Shown here: in pieces, positions 47,607 to 56,840 of the stretch
Layout: the number at the start of each line of letters is the position of its first letter
How positions within the stretch are numbered: position 1 is the first letter of the stretch
From: Deltaproteobacteria bacterium
GTDB taxonomy: Bacteria > Myxococcota_A > Polyangia > JAAYKL01
Assembly: GCA_016937015.1 (NCBI GenBank)
Contig: JAFGWT010000062.1
Location: forward strand, 2,609-66,608
Direction: 5' to 3'
DNA: 64,000 nucleotides
Notes under the pieces: model-generated
Database searches by the model: none
Told to the model about the DNA's origin: nothing
What the model saw: only the letters and a program-made list of their open reading frames with translations
Translations under genes and position numbers: made by a program

Positions 47607-48385
47607 ATTGACCTCAGCCACAAAGCCCAAGGCCAGTGCAGCCATCCGAAATGATGCAGCCAGGCACTGAATAAAAACAGCATCGCCATTTCGACAATCT
47701 CACTCGATGCGCCCAGCAAATCTCCGGTAACGCCACCAAGCTGTCTTTTAAACCACAGGCTCAGATACTTCCCAGTAATAAATGCAACAACAATGGCCGC
47801 CGCACACAGGGGACCGAATCCCGCCACGAAAAACAATGCCGCCAGCCAGGCAATAAGGCGGTGTTTTGATGATGCGTCTGTCACAAATCGCTTTGCAGTG
47901 CCTGAGTCGGCGCGGGCATAGGAGAGCGTGGCCGCCAGGTCAACCTGTACAGTCCGCGATAGTATCATCGCAACAATTATCAGTTGCATTTCGCCCGATT
48001 CCATCAATTTACACAGCAACAGCCATTTCAACATCAATGACCCAATCAATGCAAGCACACCAAACGTTCCAAGACGCGAGTCCTTCAATATTTCCAGCTT
48101 GCGCGCTTTGTCCTTCATACTGAACAATGCGTCCGCCGAGTCCGCCAGACCATCCAGATGAATTGCGCCGGTAAATCCTGTCTGCGCCAGCAACACAACC
48201 ATGGCCGTTAAAAATATCCAATCCGGAAAAATAATGCTGAACAAAAGATACACGCCATACAGCATGGATCCCAGAATTGCGCCCACCAAAGGAAACCAGG
48301 GCATTGCCGTCGCGAGCGAGGGCGCATCTTTCCCAGGTATGCGAAAAACGGTCAGGGTGCGAATGGCGCTGACGATTCCAGACAT
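47603..48385 (-). CDS. cobS: Adenosylcobinamide-GDP ribazoletransferase (cobalamin synthase)
   Basis: Polytopic membrane protein; N-terminus 'RTLTVFRIPGKDAPSLATAMPWFPLVGAILG' is typical of CobS. Confidence 0.9.
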   Translation of the reverse strand: MSGIVSAIRTLTVFRIPGKDAPSLATAMPWFPLVGAILGSMLYGVYLLFSIIFPDWIFLTAMVVLLAQTGFTGAIHLDGLADSADALFSMKDKARKLEILKDSRLGTFGVLALIGSLMLKWLLLCKLMESGEMQLIIVAMILSRTVQVDLAATLSYARADSGTAKRFVTDASSKHRLIAWLAALFFVAGFGPLCAAAIVVAFITGKYLSLWFKRQLGGVTGDLLGASSEIVEMAMLFLFSAWLHHFGWLHWPWALWLRSI

Positions 48386-48388
48386 TTG

Positions 48389-49480
48389 TTACGCTGCACC
48401 TTCATCGACACTGTTCACTTCACCGGAAACACCGGCAGAGCTGAAGGTTGCCATTTCGCGCATCATCTTCACTGCCGCATCAATCAGTGACATTGATAAC
48501 GCGGCGCCGGTGCCTTCTCCCAAGCGAAAACCGAGATCCAGCAGCGGCTTAGCCCCCATCTCTTTGAGAAAAGTCCGATGGCCTCTTTCGGCAGAAAGAT
48601 GACTGAAAAATAAATAGTCCGCAATGCTGGGGCATAGTCTGCAGGCGACCAGTGCGGCAGCAGACGAAATGAATCCATCAATCAGTATGGCGATGCGGTG
48701 GGCTGCAGAACCGAGGATTAGCCCGGCAAGGCCGGCAATTTCCAGACCGCCAACTGTCGAAAGGGTTTTGAGCGGGTCTTCGTCGCCTTTATTTGTCGTC
48801 AGACCATGTCGTTTAACAGCTGCAGCGATGGCAGTGCGCTTTCGCTGAAGTCCTGCATCATCAATACCTGTGCCTCGCCCAATGATGCCATCCAACGCAC
48901 ACGGCAATAAAACATGCATGAGCGCAGCTGAAGCTGTAGTATTGCCAATCCCCATTTCGCCCGTGCCCATCAGCGTGACGCCATCCTGAGCGGCCTCGTC
49001 TGCCAGCTCCACACCCACCTGAAGTGCCGCCAGCATTTCATCAGGGTGCATCGCCGGCCCACTTACCATATTGCCTGTGCCATGTCTGATTTTTCTGTGA
49101 ATCAATCCGCCAATCTCCGAAAGATCTCCATTAACCCCAATATCAACAATCCGCACATCACACCCCACATGGCGGCCAAATACATTTATCGCCGCACCGC
49201 CGTTGACCATGTTGGAAACCATCTGTTTTGTCACTTCACCGGGAAAGGCCGATACGCCCTCCTCGACAACACCGTGGTCCGCGGCAAACGTATACAGTCT
49301 TTTAACGGGCATATCCGGAATAACCTGCTGCCTGATTCGGGCATATCGAAATCCTGCCTCTTCCAGCTGGCCCAGAGACCCCACAGGTTTAGTCAAATCA
49401 TTAATGTGCCTTTTTATGGCATCATCCAACGCCAAAGGGATGGGATGGATTCGGCGAATTGTTGTATCAATCAAAGTCAT
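48389..49480 (-). CDS. cobT: Nicotinate-nucleotide--dimethylbenzimidazole phosphoribosyltransferase
   Basis: CobT-family length and motifs ('GEMGIGNTT', 'GHDVGG'-like region). Lies in the cobU-cobT-cobS order. Confidence 0.9.
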   Translation of the reverse strand: MTLIDTTIRRIHPIPLALDDAIKRHINDLTKPVGSLGQLEEAGFRYARIRQQVIPDMPVKRLYTFAADHGVVEEGVSAFPGEVTKQMVSNMVNGGAAINVFGRHVGCDVRIVDIGVNGDLSEIGGLIHRKIRHGTGNMVSGPAMHPDEMLAALQVGVELADEAAQDGVTLMGTGEMGIGNTTASAALMHVLLPCALDGIIGRGTGIDDAGLQRKRTAIAAAVKRHGLTTNKGDEDPLKTLSTVGGLEIAGLAGLILGSAAHRIAILIDGFISSAAALVACRLCPSIADYLFFSHLSAERGHRTFLKEMGAKPLLDLGFRLGEGTGAALSMSLIDAAVKMMREMATFSSAGVSGEVNSVDEGAA

Positions 49481-49483
49481 TTG

Positions 49484-50026
49484 TTAATCCTTCGTCGTTC
49501 TCTCAACAGGCTTCTTTACCCAAACGGGGCAACCACTTACCATAAATACGACCTCTGTGGCACGAATGGCAACGTCCTGATTTAATCTCCCCGCCACATC
49601 ACGAAACCACCTCCCCATCTCATTTTCAGGAACCAGTCCCATTCCAAGCTCGTTTGAAACCAGCGCCACGTCGCAGGGCGGATGTTCGAGAATTTTCAGA
49701 AGCCGTTGCATCTCACGGTATGGCCATGCACCCTGCCCCAGGTGGTGCATCAGATTGCCCAGCCATACCGTAAGGCAATCAATCAGTACAAAATCCACCT
49801 GACTGTCAGACAGCTCAAGTATTCTGGCAGGGTCCAGCGGCTCCTCCACCGTGGTATACAAATCCCCGCGCTCATGCCGGTGCTTATCAATCCGCAATGC
49901 CATCTCCGCATCGGTGACCTCTGCGGTGGCGAGGAATACGGGGCGACTGTATTCCTGACCGAGCGTCAAACCAAACCGACTCTTCCCGCTTCTTGCCCCG
50001 CCCGTAATCAGAGTGACTTTACCCAT
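49484..50026 (-). CDS. cobU: Bifunctional adenosylcobinamide kinase / adenosylcobinamide-phosphate guanylyltransferase
   Basis: P-loop 'LITGGARSGKSRF'; 180 aa. Confidence 0.9.
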   Translation of the reverse strand: MGKVTLITGGARSGKSRFGLTLGQEYSRPVFLATAEVTDAEMALRIDKHRHERGDLYTTVEEPLDPARILELSDSQVDFVLIDCLTVWLGNLMHHLGQGAWPYREMQRLLKILEHPPCDVALVSNELGMGLVPENEMGRWFRDVAGRLNQDVAIRATEVVFMVSGCPVWVKKPVERTTKD

Positions 50027-50892
50027 TTGGTGAATCCTTTCATGAAGTTCATCGAAGACACAAAATGGTCTGTTCCGAAAACCTCCATGGTCAACACGCG
50101 TTCAATTGTTGAAGCGTTTAAACTGCGCATCAATTTTGTCATTAGCGCTTCTGGCAGGTGAGCAAGGGAACAGTGGTCTGTTCCATTTTCAATACCGTGC
50201 AAATGAATCACCCTTGCCCGCTCCAGGTATCGCGTCAAATACTGTTCGAGGGAGTATCGGTTCAGCAATACATGACCAATATCAAGACAGACAGATACAT
50301 CACATGCGGTTACAACGGGATAAATATCCTCGAACGGGTAGGACAGATTTTCAACGCAAATATCCCGTGCCAATATGCCGCTTTCGGTGAGCACGATGTT
50401 GACAGATTCAATGCATCGCCGTTGCCAGTTCCATATTCCATCTGCAGTATTGCTATCAGCCAGGCGGGGTTGAGGCGGTAAATGCAACACATACGCAAAC
50501 GGATGAAGTGGCTGGGTCAGCGCTATAATGCGCAAACACTGAATCACACTGCGATGTCGCTCGTTGACATCATGAGCCCCCAAATCGATGTCAAGGGGGA
50601 AGTGTATGGTGTACGACAGCGAATGCGCGTCACTCACCTGGCGCATCGTCTCAATGACTGATACATCGGGCAGATTGGAATACTGCTCCGACTCAAACAG
50701 CACCACCTCAACATCGTCAACCAATCCTGCCAATGCGCGAATATTGGGTTCCAAATCCGCGGGAATCACATAGGACGTGGCGCCCAGTCTGAACCGAAAC
50801 GCACCGGCAAGACTAACGACAGACTCCGGCAACTCATTTGAATGCAACTCATTCATCATTGATTTCAGCGTTGATTTCAGCGTTCGAAACAC
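50008..50892 (-). CDS. Xylose-isomerase-like TIM-barrel (AP endonuclease 2 superfamily) protein, possibly a CbiR-like cobamide-remodelling enzyme
   Basis: TIM-barrel sugar-phosphate-isomerase-like pattern of conserved His/Asp/Glu ('VIHLHGIENGTDH'). Embedded between the B12 transporter genes and cobU-cobT-cobS. Confidence 0.5.
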   Translation of the reverse strand: MFRTLKSTLKSMMNELHSNELPESVVSLAGAFRFRLGATSYVIPADLEPNIRALAGLVDDVEVVLFESEQYSNLPDVSVIETMRQVSDAHSLSYTIHFPLDIDLGAHDVNERHRSVIQCLRIIALTQPLHPFAYVLHLPPQPRLADSNTADGIWNWQRRCIESVNIVLTESGILARDICVENLSYPFEDIYPVVTACDVSVCLDIGHVLLNRYSLEQYLTRYLERARVIHLHGIENGTDHCSLAHLPEALMTKLMRSLNASTIERVLTMEVFGTDHFVSSMNFMKGFTKWVKSL

Positions 50893-52019
50893 ACCATAAT
50901 GGGCGGAAGACCAACATCAATAGGCGATGCTGTCAATTCCTGTGCAGTATGTGTATCAAAGATACGGATCCCCGGATTAAAAAAGTTGCGATCGGTCACC
51001 CAGATTTCGGACTCGCCATTAAGTGACATATAGGACAAATCGTAACCAGCTGATGAAATAAGAGTTTCGCCTTTGAATCCAGTCATGGGATTAAACGTGA
51101 CAAGCCGTGTTGCAGCACCTGTGGCTGTCGGCTCGCTGATGATTGCGAATCCCATATCAGGTGCAGTAACAATTGCGTCGATAATATCGCCCCCCAGCGT
51201 CGCTTCAGTGATTATCATCCCGCTCAAAGTGCCATCGAGGGTCATCGTTTCGATGCCACCATCCAGCACACCATAAGATCCTGTTTCGGTTAAAATAAAT
51301 GCGGACAGGGGGGTGTTGTAGCGTAAAATCCCCGTTGGATTTTTACCGTTCAAAATCACTTCCCGCTCGATAGCGTATGTGGCGGGATTGATAATCAATA
51401 GCGCGCTGTAATCTGTTGGCGCCCAGTACATATCAAGTCGCTGGAGTGTCACATAAACTTTGCCGTCCCTGAAAATGGCCTGCGACGCCTCAGGATTTCC
51501 ATCCGAATCCGCATATGCCGACAAATCCACGCGCGCAATTTCTGTACCCAACGTGGGATGAACGACAAGGAGTTCAGGGGAACCAATTCTGGGAACCACT
51601 GCTCTGCCTGGTCCAATAACGGCGATATCCTGGGCATTGGTGCCTGCTTCAACGGAATATTGCGCCATCGGTTTATAACCGGCATCTTCATTCAGTACGG
51701 TTATGGCATCTGAACCAAACCTGGAAATCACAAAAATGTGACCGGTTACTTCATCGTATCGGCAAATTGAGTCGGAATGAATAACCTGCGTGTTACGTTG
51801 AACAACGCGGGTCTCGGCAGTGACAACTGACACCGCGCCAGTGCTGTAATCAGTGGTCACAACAATCCCTGTGTCGCCCACGGTATTGACTTCAATGTCA
51901 TCGACATCGCCCGAGTCACATCCAGCCAGAATAAAAACTGACAACAGCAATGACAGCACAGTCACCGAGCAGTTCAATTTCAAATTAGATTTCATTTTCA
52001 TCTCAATACTTCCTTTCAA
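50877..52019 (-). CDS. Surface/periplasmic beta-propeller lipoprotein (YncE-like), candidate cobamide-binding accessory protein of the B12 uptake locus
   Basis: Lipobox 'VFILAGCDSG', repeated beta-rich blades, sited directly downstream of the riboswitch-controlled TonB-dependent receptor. The start may be the Met at ~52001. Confidence 0.6.
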   Translation of the reverse strand: MKGSIEMKMKSNLKLNCSVTVLSLLLSVFILAGCDSGDVDDIEVNTVGDTGIVVTTDYSTGAVSVVTAETRVVQRNTQVIHSDSICRYDEVTGHIFVISRFGSDAITVLNEDAGYKPMAQYSVEAGTNAQDIAVIGPGRAVVPRIGSPELLVVHPTLGTEIARVDLSAYADSDGNPEASQAIFRDGKVYVTLQRLDMYWAPTDYSALLIINPATYAIEREVILNGKNPTGILRYNTPLSAFILTETGSYGVLDGGIETMTLDGTLSGMIITEATLGGDIIDAIVTAPDMGFAIISEPTATGAATRLVTFNPMTGFKGETLISSAGYDLSYMSLNGESEIWVTDRNFFNPGIRIFDTHTAQELTASPIDVGLPPIMVCFER

Positions 52020-52032
52020 ATATAACGAAATT

Positions 52033-54216
52033 TCAAACCTTAAAACGCAGTGTCACAAATACACTTCGGCCAGGCAGCGGAAATGCCAGGTAATCCCGAA
52101 GAGGTCGTTGTCTTCCTGTGCTGTCTTTCAGCAATATGCTATTGAGCAAATTCTTTATTTCCAGCGTTACGGTCAGTTTAGCAGGTATGATTTCCAGCTG
52201 CCAACCTGCGCCGAGCAGTGCACGCCCCAGTACGTCCTGTGTAAAATTGGCCTGGTCCAGAAAATTATTGCCGGCATAATCCACATCGAGCCAAAGCTCG
52301 TTCCTGACTGAACCGATGGTGCCTTTCAATGTAGACTTAAGATATGCTTCGTGGATAGGGCGACCAGGTAGTCTATTCCCCGCGTAGAATCCAATTTCGG
52401 AGCGATTAACCGTTTGCATGTACGTGTAATTTCCCGACAAAGATAAATGGGACCACAACGTGGCCTCCGCCGATATCTCCAGACCAAGTATCCGCGCTGC
52501 ATGCACATTTTCGGCACGAATGGTATTTTGCGAATTCTGAACAAACGCAATCAACTGCTCGCTCCATGTGCCAAATGTCCCTGCATATATCTGGGCGGTA
52601 TTCACTGCTGTATCTGTGTTTGCTTCGAAAGTGTATTTAATGCCCGCATCGGCATTCAGGCCTTCTTCGGCCTTCAGTTCGGGATTGCCCACAACGGTGC
52701 CGCGATCACCAAACAATTCAAACAGGTCCGGAGTTCGAAGATACTTTCCAACATTTGACAAAAAGCGGTGCCGCCTGGTCAGCTGCCAACTGATACCCAA
52801 AGACGGCATAATGTGTTGGTCTGAGAGCTCAATCGTACGAACCTTTTGTTCCCCCATCGCGGGTGGCAGCTCAGCTGTATACCGATCGGCCTGGGATCGC
52901 AGCGACGGCACAATCTTCAAGCCGTTTTGGGGAATCCAGCTAAAATCAATTCCACCTCCCAACCGCTGACGGTATCCCGGTTTCAGAGGCAACAAATCCT
53001 GTGCATCCACGAAATCAAATGTATCAAGGCTGCCTTCCACCCGGGTGGCGAACTGATATTTCCGTGTGCCAAAATGCCAGATGCTGTGGCCTAAAACCGT
53101 ATGCGCAATGGCATGGGAGTGCTGGTGCCCAACGCCAATTTCATCTAAAGGATCTTCGAACCGGTTCTGCTGTTGTATGTAGCCGAGCGACCACATCAAA
53201 GACTGTTGTTTATTCCATTCGCGTTCTCCCTGAACTGCTGCAAGCTCACGCAGACAGAACAAAGATGCTTTTTCGACGGGCACACTGTCAATTCCGGCAA
53301 CACCTTGATTTTTCATGTGCAGGCTGTTTAAAAAGGTTAGCCGCATTTTTCCCACGTATGTTGAAAGTTTCAGCAATGTGGACACAGACTGCTGTTCATT
53401 GTTTTTTCGACGAACGATCTCATCATCCGTCGTGTTCAACTCGGTGCCATTTCGGTTGAGATATTTAAAATCGCCCCTTGATCCCATTACGGAAACCAAC
53501 GCAAAAACGTCCACCCGTCCCGTGGTTGAACGATGAAGTGCGGTTGCCTTGCCCGAATGCCAGGACCCGTACCCTGCACTGTATTCTGTTGTCTCATTAC
53601 TCCCATTCCCTGTATTCAACGAAATCGCCCCACCAATGCTGCCCAGACCAAGTGAGACGGGAGTGGTCCCCCTATACACATCCACTCTGTCAAACATTTC
53701 CAGAGTTAAATCGCTGAGGTTCACAGTGGAAAAACCACCTGAGTTCAGCAAAATGCCGTCAATGAAAATAAGCACCTGCGCAGCGTCTGACCCGCGAATA
53801 TGGGCCGTCGTGTAGGATCCAGGGCCTCCGGCGGATCGAACCTGTATACCAACTCCCGGACCAAGTACTTCACTGACAGTAGTGTTTCGGCTGTTCAGTT
53901 CCGAGACATCAATGGATTCTCCCGCAGCGGTACCGTCATCCACTGGCGACAGGGGCAAGCCGTGAATGTTCGTTTCGTAAGTGTCCAGAGTTGTGTCATC
54001 ATCCAAATCCGGCGACACCATGGACGCATCGGCAAACGCACTCCAGTCGATGTCACTTTGAGCCAGGGAATCATCTGTTATATTATTCGAAGACGAGGCA
54101 ACGACATCAGACGCCGAGGCGCCCGTGCAAAAAAACAGGATGATTGTTAAACGCCCGAAAAACAGGAGGAAACGGGTTCCCCAACTGCGTGACGGTGCGG
54201 GGAAATGACAGATCAT
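52033..54216 (-). CDS. btuB: TonB-dependent outer-membrane receptor, BtuB-like (cobalamin)
   Basis: Signal peptide from the internal Met ('MICHFPAPSRSWGTRFLLFFG...ASA'), plug and 22-strand barrel features, C-terminal 'VTLRFKV'. Preceded by a cobalamin riboswitch; the ORF-track N-terminal extension to 54363 runs into the riboswitch and is rejected. Confidence 0.85.
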   Translation of the reverse strand: MICHFPAPSRSWGTRFLLFFGRLTIILFFCTGASASDVVASSSNNITDDSLAQSDIDWSAFADASMVSPDLDDDTTLDTYETNIHGLPLSPVDDGTAAGESIDVSELNSRNTTVSEVLGPGVGIQVRSAGGPGSYTTAHIRGSDAAQVLIFIDGILLNSGGFSTVNLSDLTLEMFDRVDVYRGTTPVSLGLGSIGGAISLNTGNGSNETTEYSAGYGSWHSGKATALHRSTTGRVDVFALVSVMGSRGDFKYLNRNGTELNTTDDEIVRRKNNEQQSVSTLLKLSTYVGKMRLTFLNSLHMKNQGVAGIDSVPVEKASLFCLRELAAVQGEREWNKQQSLMWSLGYIQQQNRFEDPLDEIGVGHQHSHAIAHTVLGHSIWHFGTRKYQFATRVEGSLDTFDFVDAQDLLPLKPGYRQRLGGGIDFSWIPQNGLKIVPSLRSQADRYTAELPPAMGEQKVRTIELSDQHIMPSLGISWQLTRRHRFLSNVGKYLRTPDLFELFGDRGTVVGNPELKAEEGLNADAGIKYTFEANTDTAVNTAQIYAGTFGTWSEQLIAFVQNSQNTIRAENVHAARILGLEISAEATLWSHLSLSGNYTYMQTVNRSEIGFYAGNRLPGRPIHEAYLKSTLKGTIGSVRNELWLDVDYAGNNFLDQANFTQDVLGRALLGAGWQLEIIPAKLTVTLEIKNLLNSILLKDSTGRQRPLRDYLAFPLPGRSVFVTLRFKV

Positions 54217-54314
54217 TACAACCCAACCCTTGTACGCGAAGAGCAGTGTTATACATTGTTGCCGATAACTTCGATAACAATGCGTTGAAATCCCGTCTGG
54301 ATATCCTGGCTTCC

Positions 54315-54475
54315 GGGTTCGATATTTTATCGTGTCGCATTCCGCCTTCCCAATTGCATGCAATCAGTGGCCTATGGAATGAACCCCGGTTCACAGTGGC
54401 GCGACCGCGCCGGATTCTCACCGGCTTCCCCAACCGAAATTTCATAATTGGATTTTCAATCACAGCAACCAGCTG
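54315..54475 (-). promoter_or_regulatory. Cobalamin (AdoCbl) riboswitch in the 5' leader of btuB
   Basis: Minus-strand sequence 'GGGGAAGCCGGTGAGAATCCGGCGCGGTCGCGCCACTGTGAACCGGGG ... GCCACTGATTGCATGCAATTGGGAAGGCGG' matches the conserved cobalamin-riboswitch core, including the B12 box GCCACTG. Confidence 0.85.
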
Positions 54476-54518
54476 CGAGGCATCATGTCGCGCATCCTGA
54501 ATGCAAAGTCAAGCGTAT

Positions 54519-56288
54519 TCAACCGTTCTGGTTTTGCAATCGGGTTTGGGCAGGCAGTTCGATAGTAAAAGTAACCCCTTCCCCAGGCCGTGATTGCACA
54601 TCCAGAGTGCCTTTGTGAGAGTCAGTGATGATAAAATACGATACCGACAATCCCAGACCAGTCCCTATTCCTGGCGCCTTGGTCGTGAAAAAAGGTTCAA
54701 AAATTCTGTTCTGAACCACCATGTCCATTTCGGGACCGTTATTGGCAATGGATATTATCGCTGTTCCAATGGATGAAGAAATCGAAATCTCAAAACGCGG
54801 GTCATCAATTGCGGCGTCGTTCATTGCTTCTGCGCCGTTTCGCAAAATATTCAGCAGAACCTGCTGAATCATACTGACATGACAGCGTATCTCCACATCC
54901 GTGCCGTCGGAATGCATCAGAATCTGAATTTTGCGAAAATCGTATTTTTTCTTTAAGTCATACTCATTGCGAGCCAGTTCAAGTGCTTCGTTAATCAAAT
55001 TTTCAACCCGAACCACTTGCATTTCACCACTTTCTTTTCGGGCGAACGACAACATGTTGTCAACGATGCGCGCCGCGCGCTTGCCACTTTTCGAAATGGC
55101 GTCCAGCAGTTGAAAAATGCTTTTTTTCTCCATATATCGATAAAGCGCGTTCAAATCCAGACCACACGCTTTCGCATCGTTTCTGTTTTTGTCCGTCTGA
55201 TGAACCAGTCGGCTTTCAAGCACCTGTGAACTCTGGAGAATCCCCGCCAAAGGATTGTTTATCTCGTGGGCCATTCCAGCAGCCAGTCCACCCACTGATA
55301 TCATCTTCTCGGTATGCACCATCAACGCTTCAAACCGTGCCTGTTCAGTCACATCGTCCATTCGAATAACAGCCCCAACGGCCTGCCCAGGAATCAGTGG
55401 GTACACCACCAGATTATACTGTCGTTCCGGCCTGTCATTTAGCAGGGTAATCTTCTTTTGAATGACGGCATCGCCGCCGGATGCGACCTGCGCCAGGGTG
55501 GTATACAGGGATGGAAGCAGTGTGAAAACCTTTCGAAAAGGGCAATTCATCGCATCTGCTGACGCCACGCCCGTAAGCGCTTCCGCTTCAAGATTCCATC
55601 CGGTGACTCGCATTGCCTCATCCACACTCATGAGCACCGATGGCATACTGTTAACTGTTCGGTTCAACAGCAGCCGGGTCGCGTTGACTTCCTTCATATC
55701 TGCCTTGATTCTTTCAAGCGCCCGTTGATTGGCAGTGTAAATGGCATTGCTTATCACAGCCAGAAAAAGCAGCGCGACGCCTGTATCGGTGGCATAGTCA
55801 CGCAAGCCCAGCGCTGTCATCGTTCCCTGACGATACTCGTTGTAGCAAAATGCGACAAAGAAAATAAAGTTGACAGCGTGAAACAGCCACAGCTGAAGGC
55901 GATGAGAAAGAGTGAGAAGCGGAATGGTGGAGAGAATTGCAAATCCAATCGCAATTGTGTCCACCCGCGCAACAGGATCTTCGGATTGGTCAATAAACAT
56001 CACCGCCCACATGCCGGCAAGAAATGCCCAAATCATCAATTGACCGGCGGCGGCAAGGCGCTTTTTCCAAAGCAGCCACAAATCAAACACACTGATCCCC
56101 CAAAGAGCAACGATAATGAATCGAATGGAATCAAATGGACTTTGCAGCAAAAAGATATTGAACGCGAGCAACACGGGCAATGCAATGAGCAACAGAATAT
56201 TGACAATCTGCAGATATTTTGCCTGCAACTGCATCGCATAATCGTCATTGCTGTATCGCGTCAGTATACTCGGAAATCCCATAAACAT
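54519..56288 (-). CDS. Sensor histidine kinase with multi-pass membrane N-terminal domain and PAS domain
   Basis: ~6 hydrophobic segments, a PAS-like region, HisKA 'LAAGMAHEINNPLAGIL', and an HATPase_c with 'GTGLGLSVSYFI'. Confidence 0.85.
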   Translation of the reverse strand: MFMGFPSILTRYSNDDYAMQLQAKYLQIVNILLLIALPVLLAFNIFLLQSPFDSIRFIIVALWGISVFDLWLLWKKRLAAAGQLMIWAFLAGMWAVMFIDQSEDPVARVDTIAIGFAILSTIPLLTLSHRLQLWLFHAVNFIFFVAFCYNEYRQGTMTALGLRDYATDTGVALLFLAVISNAIYTANQRALERIKADMKEVNATRLLLNRTVNSMPSVLMSVDEAMRVTGWNLEAEALTGVASADAMNCPFRKVFTLLPSLYTTLAQVASGGDAVIQKKITLLNDRPERQYNLVVYPLIPGQAVGAVIRMDDVTEQARFEALMVHTEKMISVGGLAAGMAHEINNPLAGILQSSQVLESRLVHQTDKNRNDAKACGLDLNALYRYMEKKSIFQLLDAISKSGKRAARIVDNMLSFARKESGEMQVVRVENLINEALELARNEYDLKKKYDFRKIQILMHSDGTDVEIRCHVSMIQQVLLNILRNGAEAMNDAAIDDPRFEISISSSIGTAIISIANNGPEMDMVVQNRIFEPFFTTKAPGIGTGLGLSVSYFIITDSHKGTLDVQSRPGEGVTFTIELPAQTRLQNQNG

Positions 56289-56366
56289 GAGTGTAATTTA
56301 ACGTGTCCATGGGCGTGCAGCAAGTTGCAGCGACGTTACGTTGTCAGAAGGCAGACTGAAACACAT

Positions 56367-56840
56367 CTATTTTGTTGCTGTTTCAGAAGCGGGTGTTTCC
56401 GCCTTGTCGCTGCTGTCATCTTCCTGGACGATAATATGACGAGTCGTGTAATCCGTGCCGTTAAGAATAATCTGCTGGCCAGTACGCAATTCCGGGTCAA
56501 GGGCCAGCGGTGCAAGCAGATTTACAGTAATGGGGTGTGGCGCCGGTGGAACAACAGCAATTACCGCCGCTCCGATGTCCTTTGGCGTTCGCTTATTTGT
56601 GGATAACGCCTCCCGCAGCTTATCCATTGGGTAGTCCGGATCCAGTAACAGCGGATCCACCACCACAAACGCCATTTCGGGTTCAATCGTGGACTGAATC
56701 CACTTGAATGGGGAGCCGGGATTGTGTTCCAGCACCACAAAATGAGTAAAATCCGGAAAGCCGATGATCCCATCAGAAAAGTGAAATACATCCGCTTCAT
56801 TCAACTCTAATTCACCAAATCGGGTCGTTGAAACTTTCAC
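56367..56840 (-). CDS. fliW: Flagellar assembly factor FliW
   Basis: 'FGELELNEADVFHFSDGIIGFPDFTHFVVLEH' is typical of FliW. Adjacent to csrA. Confidence 0.85.
   Translation of the reverse strand: MKVSTTRFGELELNEADVFHFSDGIIGFPDFTHFVVLEHNPGSPFKWIQSTIEPEMAFVVVDPLLLDPDYPMDKLREALSTNKRTPKDIGAAVIAVVPPAPHPITVNLLAPLALDPELRTGQQIILNGTDYTTRHIIVQEDDSSDKAETPASETATK

Noticed and set aside
55725-56606. 293-aa plus-strand Cys/His/Arg-rich ORF
   Set aside because: It lies opposite the multi-TM histidine kinase and fliW. Composition is typical of a spurious reverse frame, and it would overlap two well-supported genes.
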